DNA of 47,854 bases from assembly GCA_964504845.1 (NCBI GenBank), contig CAZDGR010000001.1:1-47854 (forward strand). The letters are read 5' to 3'. The notes below the pieces were generated by a model. The model was not told the DNA's origin. It saw only the letters and a list, made by a program, of their open reading frames with translations, and made no database searches. Shown piece by piece: positions 26,965-35,497 of this stretch. A program made the translations under genes and the position numbers. Source of the DNA: an uncultured Rhizobium sp. (lineage in GTDB: Bacteria; Pseudomonadota; Alphaproteobacteria; SHVZ01). Position 1 is the stretch's first letter. Every line of letters begins with the position of its first letter.

Positions 26965-28559
26965 GCGGACCGCGCGGTCCGGCATTCGGTGCCCTCGACC
27001 GCGACCGCCTCCTCTCGCGGGCCGCCGACGCGCTTCGCCGCGGCGCGCTCATCGAAGCCGAGGAGGCGAGCCGCCGCGTGCTCGAGCGCGAGCGCGATCA
27101 GCCGGATGCGCTCAACTTCCTGGGCCTGGCCGCACTCGGCGGCAATCGGCGCCTCGAGGCGATCGAGGCCCTGAGGAAGGCTGCGGCGCGCGCGCCGAAA
27201 TCGGCGATGATCCGCTGCAACCTGGCCTTCGCCTATCGTGCCGACGGAAAGCTCGACGATGCCGTGCGCGAGGCGCGCAAGGCCGCGCGCCTCGATCCCG
27301 ATCTCACGGCCGCCCACGCCGTCCTCGGAACCTCGCTCGCCGATCTCGGCCGGCCGGCAGAGGCGCTCGATCCGCTCAGCCAGGCGATCCAGCGCCAACC
27401 GACGCTGGTTCGCGTGCTGGTGGCGCTCGCCGGCGTGCTCCGCATGCTCGGCCGTGAGGACGAAGCGGCGGAGCGCTTCCGCCAGGCGATCGATCTCGAT
27501 CCGCAGGCGAGCGAGGCCTGGGCCGGCCTCGGCTGGCTTCATGTCGGCCAGCGCCGCTACGACGAGGCGACGCGATGCTTTCGCTCGGGCCTGGTCGCCA
27601 GGCGCGCCAGCCGCTGGTGGCCAGCCGACGGCTCGCCCCTGCCTCCGCCCGGCCCGCCGCTCGCGATCAACGCGCCGAAGCTGAGCCACGACATCGAGCA
27701 GCTCGGCTATCTGGTAGAGCACGGGCTCGTGCCCGGCGAGCTCGCCCCGCTCGTCGCCGACTATCGAGAGAAGAAGCGGCAGATCGAGACGATCCATGGC
27801 GAGACCGCGACTGTAATGCTGTCGCAGGCCGAGCTCGGCCCGATCGCCGACAGCTACGCCCGCATCGTCCATTGGCGCGAGACGCCGGCACGCTCCGGCC
27901 CCGTGCTTGGCGACGCCTGGGATCGCCGCGAGATCGAGCGACGCTACGCGGTGCCGCCGGGCGTCTGCTTCCTCGACGGCCTGCTGACGGACGACGCGCT
28001 GGAAGCGCTTCGCCGCTTCTGCGTGGAGTCGACGATCTGGAACGAGGTCGGTCACAACTTCCACGAGGAAGGCACGCGCCGCGCCTATCTCGGCACCTAT
28101 GCCGGCGACGGATTCTGCAGTCCTCTGCTGTTCCAGATCGCCGAGGAACTCTCTCGCGCGATGCCGGCGATCTTCGAGGATCACCGGCTGACCCAGATGT
28201 GGGCCTACAAGTACGAGCCGCGCCTGGAGGGCATCGGCATCCACGGCGACAATGCCGCGGTCAACGTGAACTTCTGGGTGACGCCGGACGAAGCCAACCT
28301 GAATCCGGAGACGGGCGGACTGATGGTCTGGCCGGCCGAGGCGCCGGCGCAATGGAGCTTCGACGACTACAACAAGGACCGCAAGAAGATCCGCCGATTT
28401 CTCGACGCCGCCGGCGTCGCACCGGTCAACGTGCCCTATCGTCAGAATCGCGCGGTGATCTTCAACTCCGACCTCTTCCACGCGACGGCACCGCTGGATT
28501 TCAAGCCGGGCTACGAGAACCGCAGGATCAACGTGACGATGCTGTTCGGGAAAAGGTGA
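26961..28559 (+). CDS. TPR-repeat protein with C-terminal putative 2OG-Fe(II) dioxygenase-like domain
   Basis: GTG 26961 overlaps the yggS stop (GTGA). The N-terminal ~200 aa are TPR repeats. The C-terminal ~250 aa have a facial-triad-like pattern GIHGDNA ... DLFHAT ... RRINVTMLF. Fold assignment rests on motifs only. Confidence 0.65.
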   Translation: MSGPRGPAFGALDRDRLLSRAADALRRGALIEAEEASRRVLERERDQPDALNFLGLAALGGNRRLEAIEALRKAAARAPKSAMIRCNLAFAYRADGKLDDAVREARKAARLDPDLTAAHAVLGTSLADLGRPAEALDPLSQAIQRQPTLVRVLVALAGVLRMLGREDEAAERFRQAIDLDPQASEAWAGLGWLHVGQRRYDEATRCFRSGLVARRASRWWPADGSPLPPPGPPLAINAPKLSHDIEQLGYLVEHGLVPGELAPLVADYREKKRQIETIHGETATVMLSQAELGPIADSYARIVHWRETPARSGPVLGDAWDRREIERRYAVPPGVCFLDGLLTDDALEALRRFCVESTIWNEVGHNFHEEGTRRAYLGTYAGDGFCSPLLFQIAEELSRAMPAIFEDHRLTQMWAYKYEPRLEGIGIHGDNAAVNVNFWVTPDEANLNPETGGLMVWPAEAPAQWSFDDYNKDRKKIRRFLDAAGVAPVNVPYRQNRAVIFNSDLFHATAPLDFKPGYENRRINVTMLFGKR

Positions 28560-28625
28560 CGGCCTTCGCTTCGCGAAGAGCCTCCGCCGCTCGCGCACGA
28601 CCGCTCCAAGCGAGCGAACAGGGTC

Positions 28626-29243
28626 CTAAATCTGTCGCCTAAGCCAGATGACGAGCGCGACCGTCACCACGGCACCCAGCACCAGCGCGATGTATCCCAC
28701 CGGCTGGTCCCGGTGGTGCACCATCTCCTCGATGCCAAATCCCACCATCGCGCCCGGCGCCATGATGCCGATGATCCACAGGATCGCGGAGGCGCCGTTG
28801 GCGAGCTGGAAGGGAAGCGCCCGCATGCCCATCATGCCCGCGATCAGCGGCACCATCGCGCGCAGCGGTCCGAAGAATCGGCCGACGAACACGCTCTTGC
28901 CGCCATGGCGAAGGAAGAAGGCGCGGCCTCGATCGGCGAGATCCGGCCTGCGGCTCATCGGCCAGAGGCCGAGCATGAACGGCCCGCAGCGCCGGCCGAG
29001 CCAGTAGGAGACCGCGTCGCCGAGGAAGGCGCCGGGCGCGCCCCAGATCACCAGCGTCCAGAAGTCGAGCACGCCCCAGCCCGCGAGCACGCCGGCGCCG
29101 GCCAGCACCACCGTCGCCGGCAGAAGCAGGCCGAGGAGCACCATCGACTCCCCGAAGGCGAGCGCGAAGGTGATCGGTCCGGCCCAGCCCGCATTGGCCT
29201 CGATCAGATCGAGGACGGACTGACCCCAGGCGGCGATATCCAT
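28626..29243 (-). CDS. DedA-family (VTT domain) inner-membrane protein
   Basis: GESMVLLGLLLPATVV, GDAVSYWLGRRCG, FVGRFFGPLRAMVPLIAG. Multiple TM helices. ATG 29243 preferred. Confidence 0.85.
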   Translation of the reverse strand: MDIAAWGQSVLDLIEANAGWAGPITFALAFGESMVLLGLLLPATVVLAGAGVLAGWGVLDFWTLVIWGAPGAFLGDAVSYWLGRRCGPFMLGLWPMSRRPDLADRGRAFFLRHGGKSVFVGRFFGPLRAMVPLIAGMMGMRALPFQLANGASAILWIIGIMAPGAMVGFGIEEMVHHRDQPVGYIALVLGAVVTVALVIWLRRQI

Positions 29244-29326
29244 GGATCCCCCGACGACTGCGGCGGTTGATCCGCCGTCAGGCTGCATCCCTGCGGGAGC
29301 TAAGCTCTAGGCAACTCGCGTCGCGG

Positions 29327-29851
29327 TCAAGCCGGACGGAACTCGACCGCGGCGCCGGAGCCGATCTCGGCGAGCACCGTCAGCAGCTCGTCGCGGCCGA
29401 TCGCGAGGCAGCCGGCGGTGGCACCGCGATCCTGCCCGAGCACGTGAAGGAAGATGGCGCTGCCCTTGCCGGGGATCGGCGGGTCGTCGTTGTATCCCAG
29501 CTGCACGACCAGGTCGTAGAGGTTGTCCTTCCGCCACAGCTCCTCATGGCGGGCGGCGAAGGGCAGGCGGACCAGCCGGTTGTAGTCGCGGTGGGCGGGA
29601 TCGTCGCACCAGCCGTCCTCGGGGCGGATCGGCTGCATCGGCAGCCTTGTCTTCGGCGTCACCCGATCGGCCCGGAAGAGCAGCTGGCGCATCGGCCAGA
29701 CGCCGATCGGGCTGGCGCCGTCGCCCTCGTGCTTGTCGGCGCTCAGGCCGCCGCGGCCGATCGAGGCGCGGAAGCTGCGGTCGCGAAATGTCGCGATGGC
29801 CGACCAGGGGTGGCGGCCACTCGGCGTTGCGATCAGTCGATTCTCATCCAC
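29327..29851 (-). CDS. YkuD-fold L,D-transpeptidase-family protein without export signal
   Basis: Catalytic motif IFLHVLGQDRGATAGCLAI (His ... Cys). No signal peptide or TM segment at the N-terminus (MDENRLIATPSGRHPW...). Confidence 0.75.
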   Translation of the reverse strand: MDENRLIATPSGRHPWSAIATFRDRSFRASIGRGGLSADKHEGDGASPIGVWPMRQLLFRADRVTPKTRLPMQPIRPEDGWCDDPAHRDYNRLVRLPFAARHEELWRKDNLYDLVVQLGYNDDPPIPGKGSAIFLHVLGQDRGATAGCLAIGRDELLTVLAEIGSGAAVEFRPA

Positions 29852-29880
29852 GGCAGGAGGAGTCTACTCCACCCGCCGGA

Positions 29881-30837
29881 TCAGCGCAGCACACTTACCT
29901 GGGTCGGGGTGGCTTGCGCGTTCCGGGCGCGCATCATCGTCGCGTACTTGTCGAGCGCGCTCGTCATCGCGTTCGGCACCGCGTCGCGCGTGATCGGGGT
30001 CCCGACCGGCGAGGCAACGAGGTCGCCTGCGCGCGAAGGTCCGCTGCCTTCGGCCTCAGGCGACGGGATGTCGGTCGAGCGGAAGCGGTCCTGTGCGGTC
30101 TGGCCCTTCCTCGCCGCTTTCGCCGGCGACGGCGTGTCCGGAAGTGCCGGGACCTGGGGCTGGATGGTCGGGATCGCTGCCGCGCTCTGGAAGGACAGCG
30201 GCATGCCGGCCTTGACCGGAACCGTCAGCACCGCCGGCGGTGCCGGTTCGGCCGCCGCCTGCTGAGTCGCCGGCTTCTGGCCGCCGGCCATCTGGCGCGC
30301 ACCGCCGGCATCCTGCGCCCATTTGGGCTGCGGCAATTCGATGATCACCGGCGGCTTGCCGTCGGCGAAGGGCTGCGGAACATTCTCGCCCGGGCGGAGT
30401 GCCGGGATGTCGATGGTCAGCTTCGGCCGGGCCGGCTGCTCGGGTGCCTTGGCCACCATCGGCTCGGCCGGAGCGTCGGCGGGACTGGAGGATCCGAACA
30501 GGCTCGCGACCACGGTCTCGCCGACATTCTTGCCGGTCTCGCCCTTGAGGGCGTTGTCGGCGAGGCTGAGCACCAGGCCGACCGGGCCGCCGAAGATCGT
30601 GCCGCCGATGATGCTGGGCATCGCCGCGATCTGGTCGCCGGTGATCGCCCGGTAGATCGTGCCGACGACCGGTATGTGCTGCAGCGGGTTGATGATCGCG
30701 AGCAGGTCCTTGAAGCTCGCGGTGTCGCCGTCCTGCCAGGTCTTCTGGGGACTTTTGTAGACAGAAGTCCCCGACACCGTGGAAGCGTGCGATGCCGGGG
30801 AGAGGCTCTGGAAGGAATGCAGGTCGACGTCGGTCAT
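29881..30837 (-). CDS. Hypothetical Pro/Ala-rich protein
   Basis: ORF with N-terminal block LLAIINPLQHIPVVGTIYRAITGDQIAAMPSIIGGTIFGGPVG and a long Pro/Ala-rich remainder. No family recognised. Start uncertain (ATG 30837 or TTG 30873); no clear SD. Confidence 0.5.
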   Translation of the reverse strand: MTDVDLHSFQSLSPASHASTVSGTSVYKSPQKTWQDGDTASFKDLLAIINPLQHIPVVGTIYRAITGDQIAAMPSIIGGTIFGGPVGLVLSLADNALKGETGKNVGETVVASLFGSSSPADAPAEPMVAKAPEQPARPKLTIDIPALRPGENVPQPFADGKPPVIIELPQPKWAQDAGGARQMAGGQKPATQQAAAEPAPPAVLTVPVKAGMPLSFQSAAAIPTIQPQVPALPDTPSPAKAARKGQTAQDRFRSTDIPSPEAEGSGPSRAGDLVASPVGTPITRDAVPNAMTSALDKYATMMRARNAQATPTQVSVLR

Positions 30838-30974
30838 GGGTCCGCTGGAAAACGTGCGTGTCCCAGGAAGCAAGGAGGGTGCCAGCGGGGCGCCCTTGGA
30901 AAGACAGGCTTATTTCCATAAGGCCCGCTTCTGCCTCGGCAATTCGTGCCGGGAACGCCTACGGCAGATGCTCT

Positions 30975-32111
30975 TTAGAGCAGATGACCGGCGCGGTCGC
31001 GCTTGGCCTGGAGGTAGGCGGCGTTGTGGCCGTTGGAGGGGAAGGCGTGGCCGACCCGGTCGGCGACCTGGACCCCCGCCTCGACCAGCGCCTCGACCTT
31101 CTTCGGGTTGTTGGTCAGCAGCCTGACCCGGCCGATGCCGAGCTGGCGCAGCATCTCGGCCGCCGGCAGGAACACCCGCTCGTCGGCATCGAAGCCCAGC
31201 GCCTCGTTGGCATCGAAGGTGTCGAAGCCGCGGTCCTGGAGCTCATAGGCGCGGAGCTTGTTCACCAGCCCGATGTCGCGGCCTTCCTGCGCCAGGTAGA
31301 GCACGATGCCGGATCCGGCCTGGGCGATCTGGCGGATCGCGCCGCGCAGCTGGTCGCCGCAGTCGCAGCGGAGGCTGCCGATCAGGTCGCCGGTGAAGCA
31401 CTGCGAATGGAGCCGCACCAGCACCGGGGAGGCGGGATCCGGCGATCCCACGACGATCGCCAGGTGCTCGCCGCCGCCGTCGAGCGGACGGAAGGCGACG
31501 ACGCGTGCGTCTTCCGCATCGGCCAGCGGCACGCGCGCCTCGCTGACCTTGGTCAGCCGTCGCGCGGTCAGGGAGGGATACGCCGCGACGTCGTCGCGCT
31601 CGACCAGCAGCAGAGACTGGCTGCGCGCCCAGCGCCGCATCTCGTCGAGTTCGGCCGGCGGCGCCCAGGCGATCAGCGCGGCGGGCAGGAGACGCGCGAG
31701 CTTGGCCAGCTGGATCGCCGATGTCGCGAGGCTCTTGGGCGGCTCGGCCAGCACCGCGGCCGAGGTGCCGATGCCTTCGGTTCCCAGCGTCGGGTCGACC
31801 AGCCGTCTTATCGCGAGCTCGTCGCTGTCATGCGGCAGCGCCAGGGTATGCACGGCGTCGGACGTGCCGTCGCGCCCGGTGAGGGCCGCCACCCGACGTC
31901 CCGTGACCGCCAGCACCGGCGAGGATCCGGAGAGACGCGCCAGCTCGGCAAGGCCGTCGGCCGTCGCCATCTCGGCGGCGAGGATCAATGCCACGCGGCC
32001 CTCGGGCCCACGCAATCCGACGACGCCGCCGCGGCGGAGCTCGGCCAGCGCGCGGTCGACGGCGATCAGCGCGCGGGGCCGGCGTTCCTGGGTCGTCTTC
32101 GTGTCCCCCAT
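30975..32111 (-). CDS. ribA: GTP cyclohydrolase II with degenerate RibB-like N-terminal domain
   Basis: Catalytic/zinc block VRLHSQCFTGDLIGSLRCDCGDQL, YLAQEGRDIGLVNKLRAYELQD, LLTNNPKK. The N-terminal ~170 aa parallel DHBP synthase (ALAELRRGGVVGL..., LLVERDDVAAY) but lack its acidic DDEDRENEGD loop. Confidence 0.88.
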   Translation of the reverse strand: MGDTKTTQERRPRALIAVDRALAELRRGGVVGLRGPEGRVALILAAEMATADGLAELARLSGSSPVLAVTGRRVAALTGRDGTSDAVHTLALPHDSDELAIRRLVDPTLGTEGIGTSAAVLAEPPKSLATSAIQLAKLARLLPAALIAWAPPAELDEMRRWARSQSLLLVERDDVAAYPSLTARRLTKVSEARVPLADAEDARVVAFRPLDGGGEHLAIVVGSPDPASPVLVRLHSQCFTGDLIGSLRCDCGDQLRGAIRQIAQAGSGIVLYLAQEGRDIGLVNKLRAYELQDRGFDTFDANEALGFDADERVFLPAAEMLRQLGIGRVRLLTNNPKKVEALVEAGVQVADRVGHAFPSNGHNAAYLQAKRDRAGHLL

Positions 32112-32144
32112 CAGGCGAAGATATAGGCGAGCGCGGCCTCAGCG

Positions 32145-32615
32145 TCAGTAGGGCGTGCCGTCCTTGCGGGTGAAACCGTACTTGCCGTCGGGGTCCGGGC
32201 CGTAACGGAGGTCGACGTCCGGATAGTGGCACTCTTCCTCGCGGACGCGGTCGCCGACGACCAGCAGCAGCACGTCCTTCGACGTGCGGTTCCTGAAATG
32301 ATGGCCATTGGCGGCGCCCGCCGGGAAGCCGGCGCACATGCCGGGCTTCAGGATCTCCTCGCCGGCGTCGGTGACGAGCGTCGCCTCGCCTTCGAGCACA
32401 TAGACGAACTCGTCCTCCTTCGTGTGCCAGTGGCGCTGCGAGGACATGCCGCCCGGCACGATCCGCGTCAGGTTGACGCCGAAGCTCTTCAGCCCCGCAT
32501 GGTCGCCGACGCGGCGATACCAGCGATTGCTGCCGCCGTCGCGGAACGGCTCGGGATAGCTGGTCGAGTTGCTTTCCGGCAGGGACTTCGGATCGAAGCC
32601 CGATGGCTTGGTCAT
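32145..32615 (-). CDS. Cupin-domain protein
   Basis: Two-motif cupin pattern QRHWHTKEDEFVYVLEG ... GFPAGAANGHHF. SD AGGAG before ATG 32615. Upstream track codons rejected. Confidence 0.8.
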   Translation of the reverse strand: MTKPSGFDPKSLPESNSTSYPEPFRDGGSNRWYRRVGDHAGLKSFGVNLTRIVPGGMSSQRHWHTKEDEFVYVLEGEATLVTDAGEEILKPGMCAGFPAGAANGHHFRNRTSKDVLLLVVGDRVREEECHYPDVDLRYGPDPDGKYGFTRKDGTPY

Positions 32616-32703
32616 GCGACGCTCCTGATCTTCGTTGGCTCGTGCGATCCTACACGCGGCGCGGCCTTGCAAAGCAAATCGCCGCCGCGCTTTGATCTCG
32701 CCC

Positions 32704-33549
32704 ATGACCGCACCCAGCACAGGCTCCGGCCCGCTCGTCTTCGGCCCCTACGACCAGGCCGCTCTCGACCTCCAGTACAACAACGGCGCGCGCTGCCCGG
32801 ATTTCGCGACGTACATGGCGCGGTATCCGCAATCCTCGGCGCGGGTTCGCGCCGAGCTCGGCGGCACGCTCGACATCGCCTATGGGCCCGGCCCTCGGGA
32901 CACGCTCGACCTGTTCCGGCCGAAGGCAGCGAAGCCGCCGGTGGTGATCTTCATCCATGGCGGCTACTGGCAACGGCTCGACAAGAGCCACTTCAGCTAC
33001 CTCGCCCGGTCGTGGGTCAGGAACGGTGCCGCCTTCGTGGCGCTGGGCTACCCGATCTGCCCGGGGGTCACGATGACCCAGCTCGTCGCCTCGGTCCGCG
33101 CCGGGATCGCCTGGGTGGCGTCCCAGGCCGACGCGCTCGGCCTCGACGGCCGGCGCCTCCTGGTCACCGGCCATTCCGCCGGCGGCCACCTGACCGCGAT
33201 GGCGGCGACCGGCCCCGGCCCGGATCTGGTTGGCGCGGTCGCCTTGAGCGGTCTCTACGACCTGGAACCGATCCGGCTCACCTACCTGAACGCCGCCCTC
33301 GGGATGGATGCGGCGGAGGCCCGGGCCCTGAGCCCGATCCACCTGGCCCGGCCCCGCGGCGGGCGGGTCATTCTCGCGGTCGGAAGCGCCGAGAGTGAGG
33401 AGTATCACAGACAGCAGGATACTTTGGCTGCCACTTGGGACGTGGAAGCGCGGAGCCTGGCCGGTCTCCATCACTTCTCGATCGTCGATTCGCTGGCCGA
33501 CCAAGCTAACCCGTTGTTTCGGACCGTCGCGGAGCTTCTGCGCCTATGA
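32704..33549 (+). CDS. Alpha/beta hydrolase (arylformamidase/esterase-like)
   Basis: VVIFIHGGYWQ oxyanion-type motif and nucleophile elbow GHSAGGH. ATG 32704. Confidence 0.8.
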   Translation: MTAPSTGSGPLVFGPYDQAALDLQYNNGARCPDFATYMARYPQSSARVRAELGGTLDIAYGPGPRDTLDLFRPKAAKPPVVIFIHGGYWQRLDKSHFSYLARSWVRNGAAFVALGYPICPGVTMTQLVASVRAGIAWVASQADALGLDGRRLLVTGHSAGGHLTAMAATGPGPDLVGAVALSGLYDLEPIRLTYLNAALGMDAAEARALSPIHLARPRGGRVILAVGSAESEEYHRQQDTLAATWDVEARSLAGLHHFSIVDSLADQANPLFRTVAELLRL

Positions 33550-33675
33550 ACTCAATACCTGGGGTGACCGGTAGTAATGCCCCCTAATACTGGTAGTACC
33601 TTGCCGTCGCCGCCGGCCTCTGGCCGTGATACGCTCGGAACGACACCGCCTGTCCCCACGAAGGCTCCTTCCGGG

Positions 33676-34365
33676 ATGACCAAGCTCAAGACGCTGCTGA
33701 TCGTCGACGACGATCCCGATCTCCGGGAAGTGCTGGCCGACCAGCTGCAACTGCAGCAAGAGTTCGAAGTCATACAGGCCAAGTCCGGCGCCGAGGGCCT
33801 GGAGGCGGTCAAGCGCGACCATGTCGACCTCGTCCTCCTCGACGTCGGCCTGCCCGACGGCGACGGCCGCCAGGTCTGCCAGCAGATGCGCTCGGGCGGG
33901 CTCAAGGCCCCGATCATCATGCTGACCGGCGCGGATTCCGAGACCGACACGATCCAGGGCCTGGACGCCGGCGCCAGCGACTACGTGACCAAGCCGTTCC
34001 GGCTCGGCGTGCTGATCGCCCGCATAAAGTCCCAGCTCCGCCAGCACGAGCAGAGCGACGACGCGCTGTTCGCGATCGGCCCCTACCGCTTCCGCCCGGC
34101 CTCCAAGCTGCTGATGGATCCCGAGAAAAACCGCCGGATCCGCCTGACCGAGAAGGAGACGGCGATCCTCAAGTACCTGTTCAGGGCCGGCGCCCGGGCG
34201 ATCGCCCGCGAGGTGCTGCTGAACGAGGTCTGGGGCTACAATTCGGGCGTCACCACCCACACGCTCGAGACCCACGTCTATCGGCTTCGCCAGAAGATCG
34301 AGCGCAATCCGGCCAAGGCCGAGATCCTGGTGACCGAGCAGGGCGGCTATCGCCTGGTGATCTGA
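33676..34365 (+). CDS. OmpR/PhoB-family response regulator (canonical receiver + winged helix)
   Basis: LIVDDD, phospho-acceptor in LVLLDVGLPDGDG, IIMLTG, TKPF. C-terminal THTLETHVYRLRQKIE ... GGYRLV. No histidine kinase adjacent. Confidence 0.9.
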   Translation: MTKLKTLLIVDDDPDLREVLADQLQLQQEFEVIQAKSGAEGLEAVKRDHVDLVLLDVGLPDGDGRQVCQQMRSGGLKAPIIMLTGADSETDTIQGLDAGASDYVTKPFRLGVLIARIKSQLRQHEQSDDALFAIGPYRFRPASKLLMDPEKNRRIRLTEKETAILKYLFRAGARAIAREVLLNEVWGYNSGVTTHTLETHVYRLRQKIERNPAKAEILVTEQGGYRLVI

Positions 34366-34375
34366 GGTTCGTCCG

Positions 34376-35212
34376 GTGTCCAATTCCGCCCTGAGCGTCA
34401 CCTTCTGGGGGGTCCGCGGCTCGATCGCGTGCCCGGAGCCCGAAATGCTCCGCTATGGCGGTAATACCTCCTGCCTGGAGGTCCGCTGCGGCGATCATTT
34501 GCTGATCTTCGATGCCGGCACCGGCTTGCGCCCGCTTGGGCGGAAGCTCGCCGAGGGCGGGGGGGTGGTGGACGCCGACCTGTTCCTCTCCCACACCCAT
34601 TTCGACCATGTCAGCGGCCTGCCGTTCTTCGGCCCGGCCTTCATGCCGAAGAACCGCTTCCGCTTCTGGGCCGGGCACCTCGAGGTCCAGGGGCTGGAGC
34701 TCTGCGACGTGCTCTGCGAGATGATGATGCCGCCGCTGTTCCCGGTGCCGATCGAGATCTTCAAGGCGGACATCGCCTACAAGGACTTCGTCGCCGGCGG
34801 GACGCTGACCCCGAGGCCGGGCGTCACGCTCAGGACCGCGCCGCTCAACCATCCGAACGGGGCTACCGGCTATCGGATCGAGTATGGCGGCCGGGCGATC
34901 TGCTACGTCACCGACACCGAGCACGACGGCCAGGGGCCCGACCGGAGGATCTGCGAGCTGATCGAGGGATCCGACATCGTGATCTACGACTCCACATACA
35001 CCGACGAGGAATACCCGAAGTTCAAGGGCTGGGGCCACTCCACCTGGGAGGAAGGCATCCGGGTATGCGAGGCGGCCGGGGCCAAGCGGCTGGTGATCTT
35101 CCACCACGACCCCGGCCACGACGACACCTTCATGGACGGTATCGCCGAAGCAGCCGACAAGCGCCGCATCGGGACGCTGGTTGCCCGCGAAGGCCTTACG
35201 CTTACTCTATAA
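34376..35212 (+). CDS. MBL-fold metallo-hydrolase
   Basis: HxHxDH motif SHTHFDHVSG. Later His/Asp ligands (NHPNG, CYVTDTEH, FHHDP). GTG 34376 lies 10 nt after the regulator stop. Confidence 0.85.
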   Translation: MSNSALSVTFWGVRGSIACPEPEMLRYGGNTSCLEVRCGDHLLIFDAGTGLRPLGRKLAEGGGVVDADLFLSHTHFDHVSGLPFFGPAFMPKNRFRFWAGHLEVQGLELCDVLCEMMMPPLFPVPIEIFKADIAYKDFVAGGTLTPRPGVTLRTAPLNHPNGATGYRIEYGGRAICYVTDTEHDGQGPDRRICELIEGSDIVIYDSTYTDEEYPKFKGWGHSTWEEGIRVCEAAGAKRLVIFHHDPGHDDTFMDGIAEAADKRRIGTLVAREGLTLTL

Positions 35213-35239
35213 TTGTCTGATATATCGCCGCCGAAAGGC

Positions 35240-35313
35240 TGGCTGGGGCGCCAGGATTCGAACCTGGGATCGCGGTACCAAAAACCGCTGCCTTACCGCT
35301 TGGCCACGCCCCA
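35240..35313 (-). tRNA. tRNA-Gln (anticodon UUG)
   Basis: The reverse complement folds as a cloverleaf. Acceptor UGGGGCG/CGCCCCA. Anticodon stem GCGGU/ACCGC with loop UUUUGGU. T-arm CCAGG-UUCGAAU-CCUGG. Encoded 3' CCA. 74 nt. Confidence 0.93.
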
Positions 35314-35468
35314 ACGCCGCCGGCCGGCGAATGGCGGGCACCATACCCTCAAAACCGGGAGGCCGGCAACGCGCCTTCGGCATGGCGTCGCGGCCTCCCG
35401 CGCAACGGCCGGGCGACTTACCGGTTACCCTCCGGTCCGACCTCTGGTATCGTGTGCGCCAGGGTTGG

Positions 35469-35485
35469 GTCATACTGGGTATGAC
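35469..35485 (+). promoter_or_regulatory. 17-bp palindrome abutting the SD of the small PodJ-N-like gene
   Basis: GTCATAC-TGG-GTATGAC has perfect 7-bp arms. It lies immediately 5' of GGGGAGGA (SD) and ATG 35498. It could act as an operator or an mRNA hairpin. Confidence 0.2.
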
Positions 35486-35497
35486 GGGGAGGACCGG

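Noticed and set aside
25320-28598. 1092-aa ORF on the minus strand
   Set aside because: It is antisense to three well-supported plus-strand genes (sulfotransferase, yggS, TPR/2OG-like). It has low-complexity Arg/Ala-rich sequence and no recognisable domain.
29446-29461. Additional parS-like sequences around CACGTG cores (also near 13000-13015, 19195-19212, 47490-47505)
   Set aside because: Only the central hexamer and a few flanking bases match (about 8-10 of 16). All lie in coding sequence far from parAB, so they are most likely chance occurrences.
35240-35313. tRNA-Gln as a genomic-island integration site
   Set aside because: There is no integrase, no direct repeat of the tRNA 3' end and no foreign-looking genes on either side. 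The flanking genes are conserved core-type genes.
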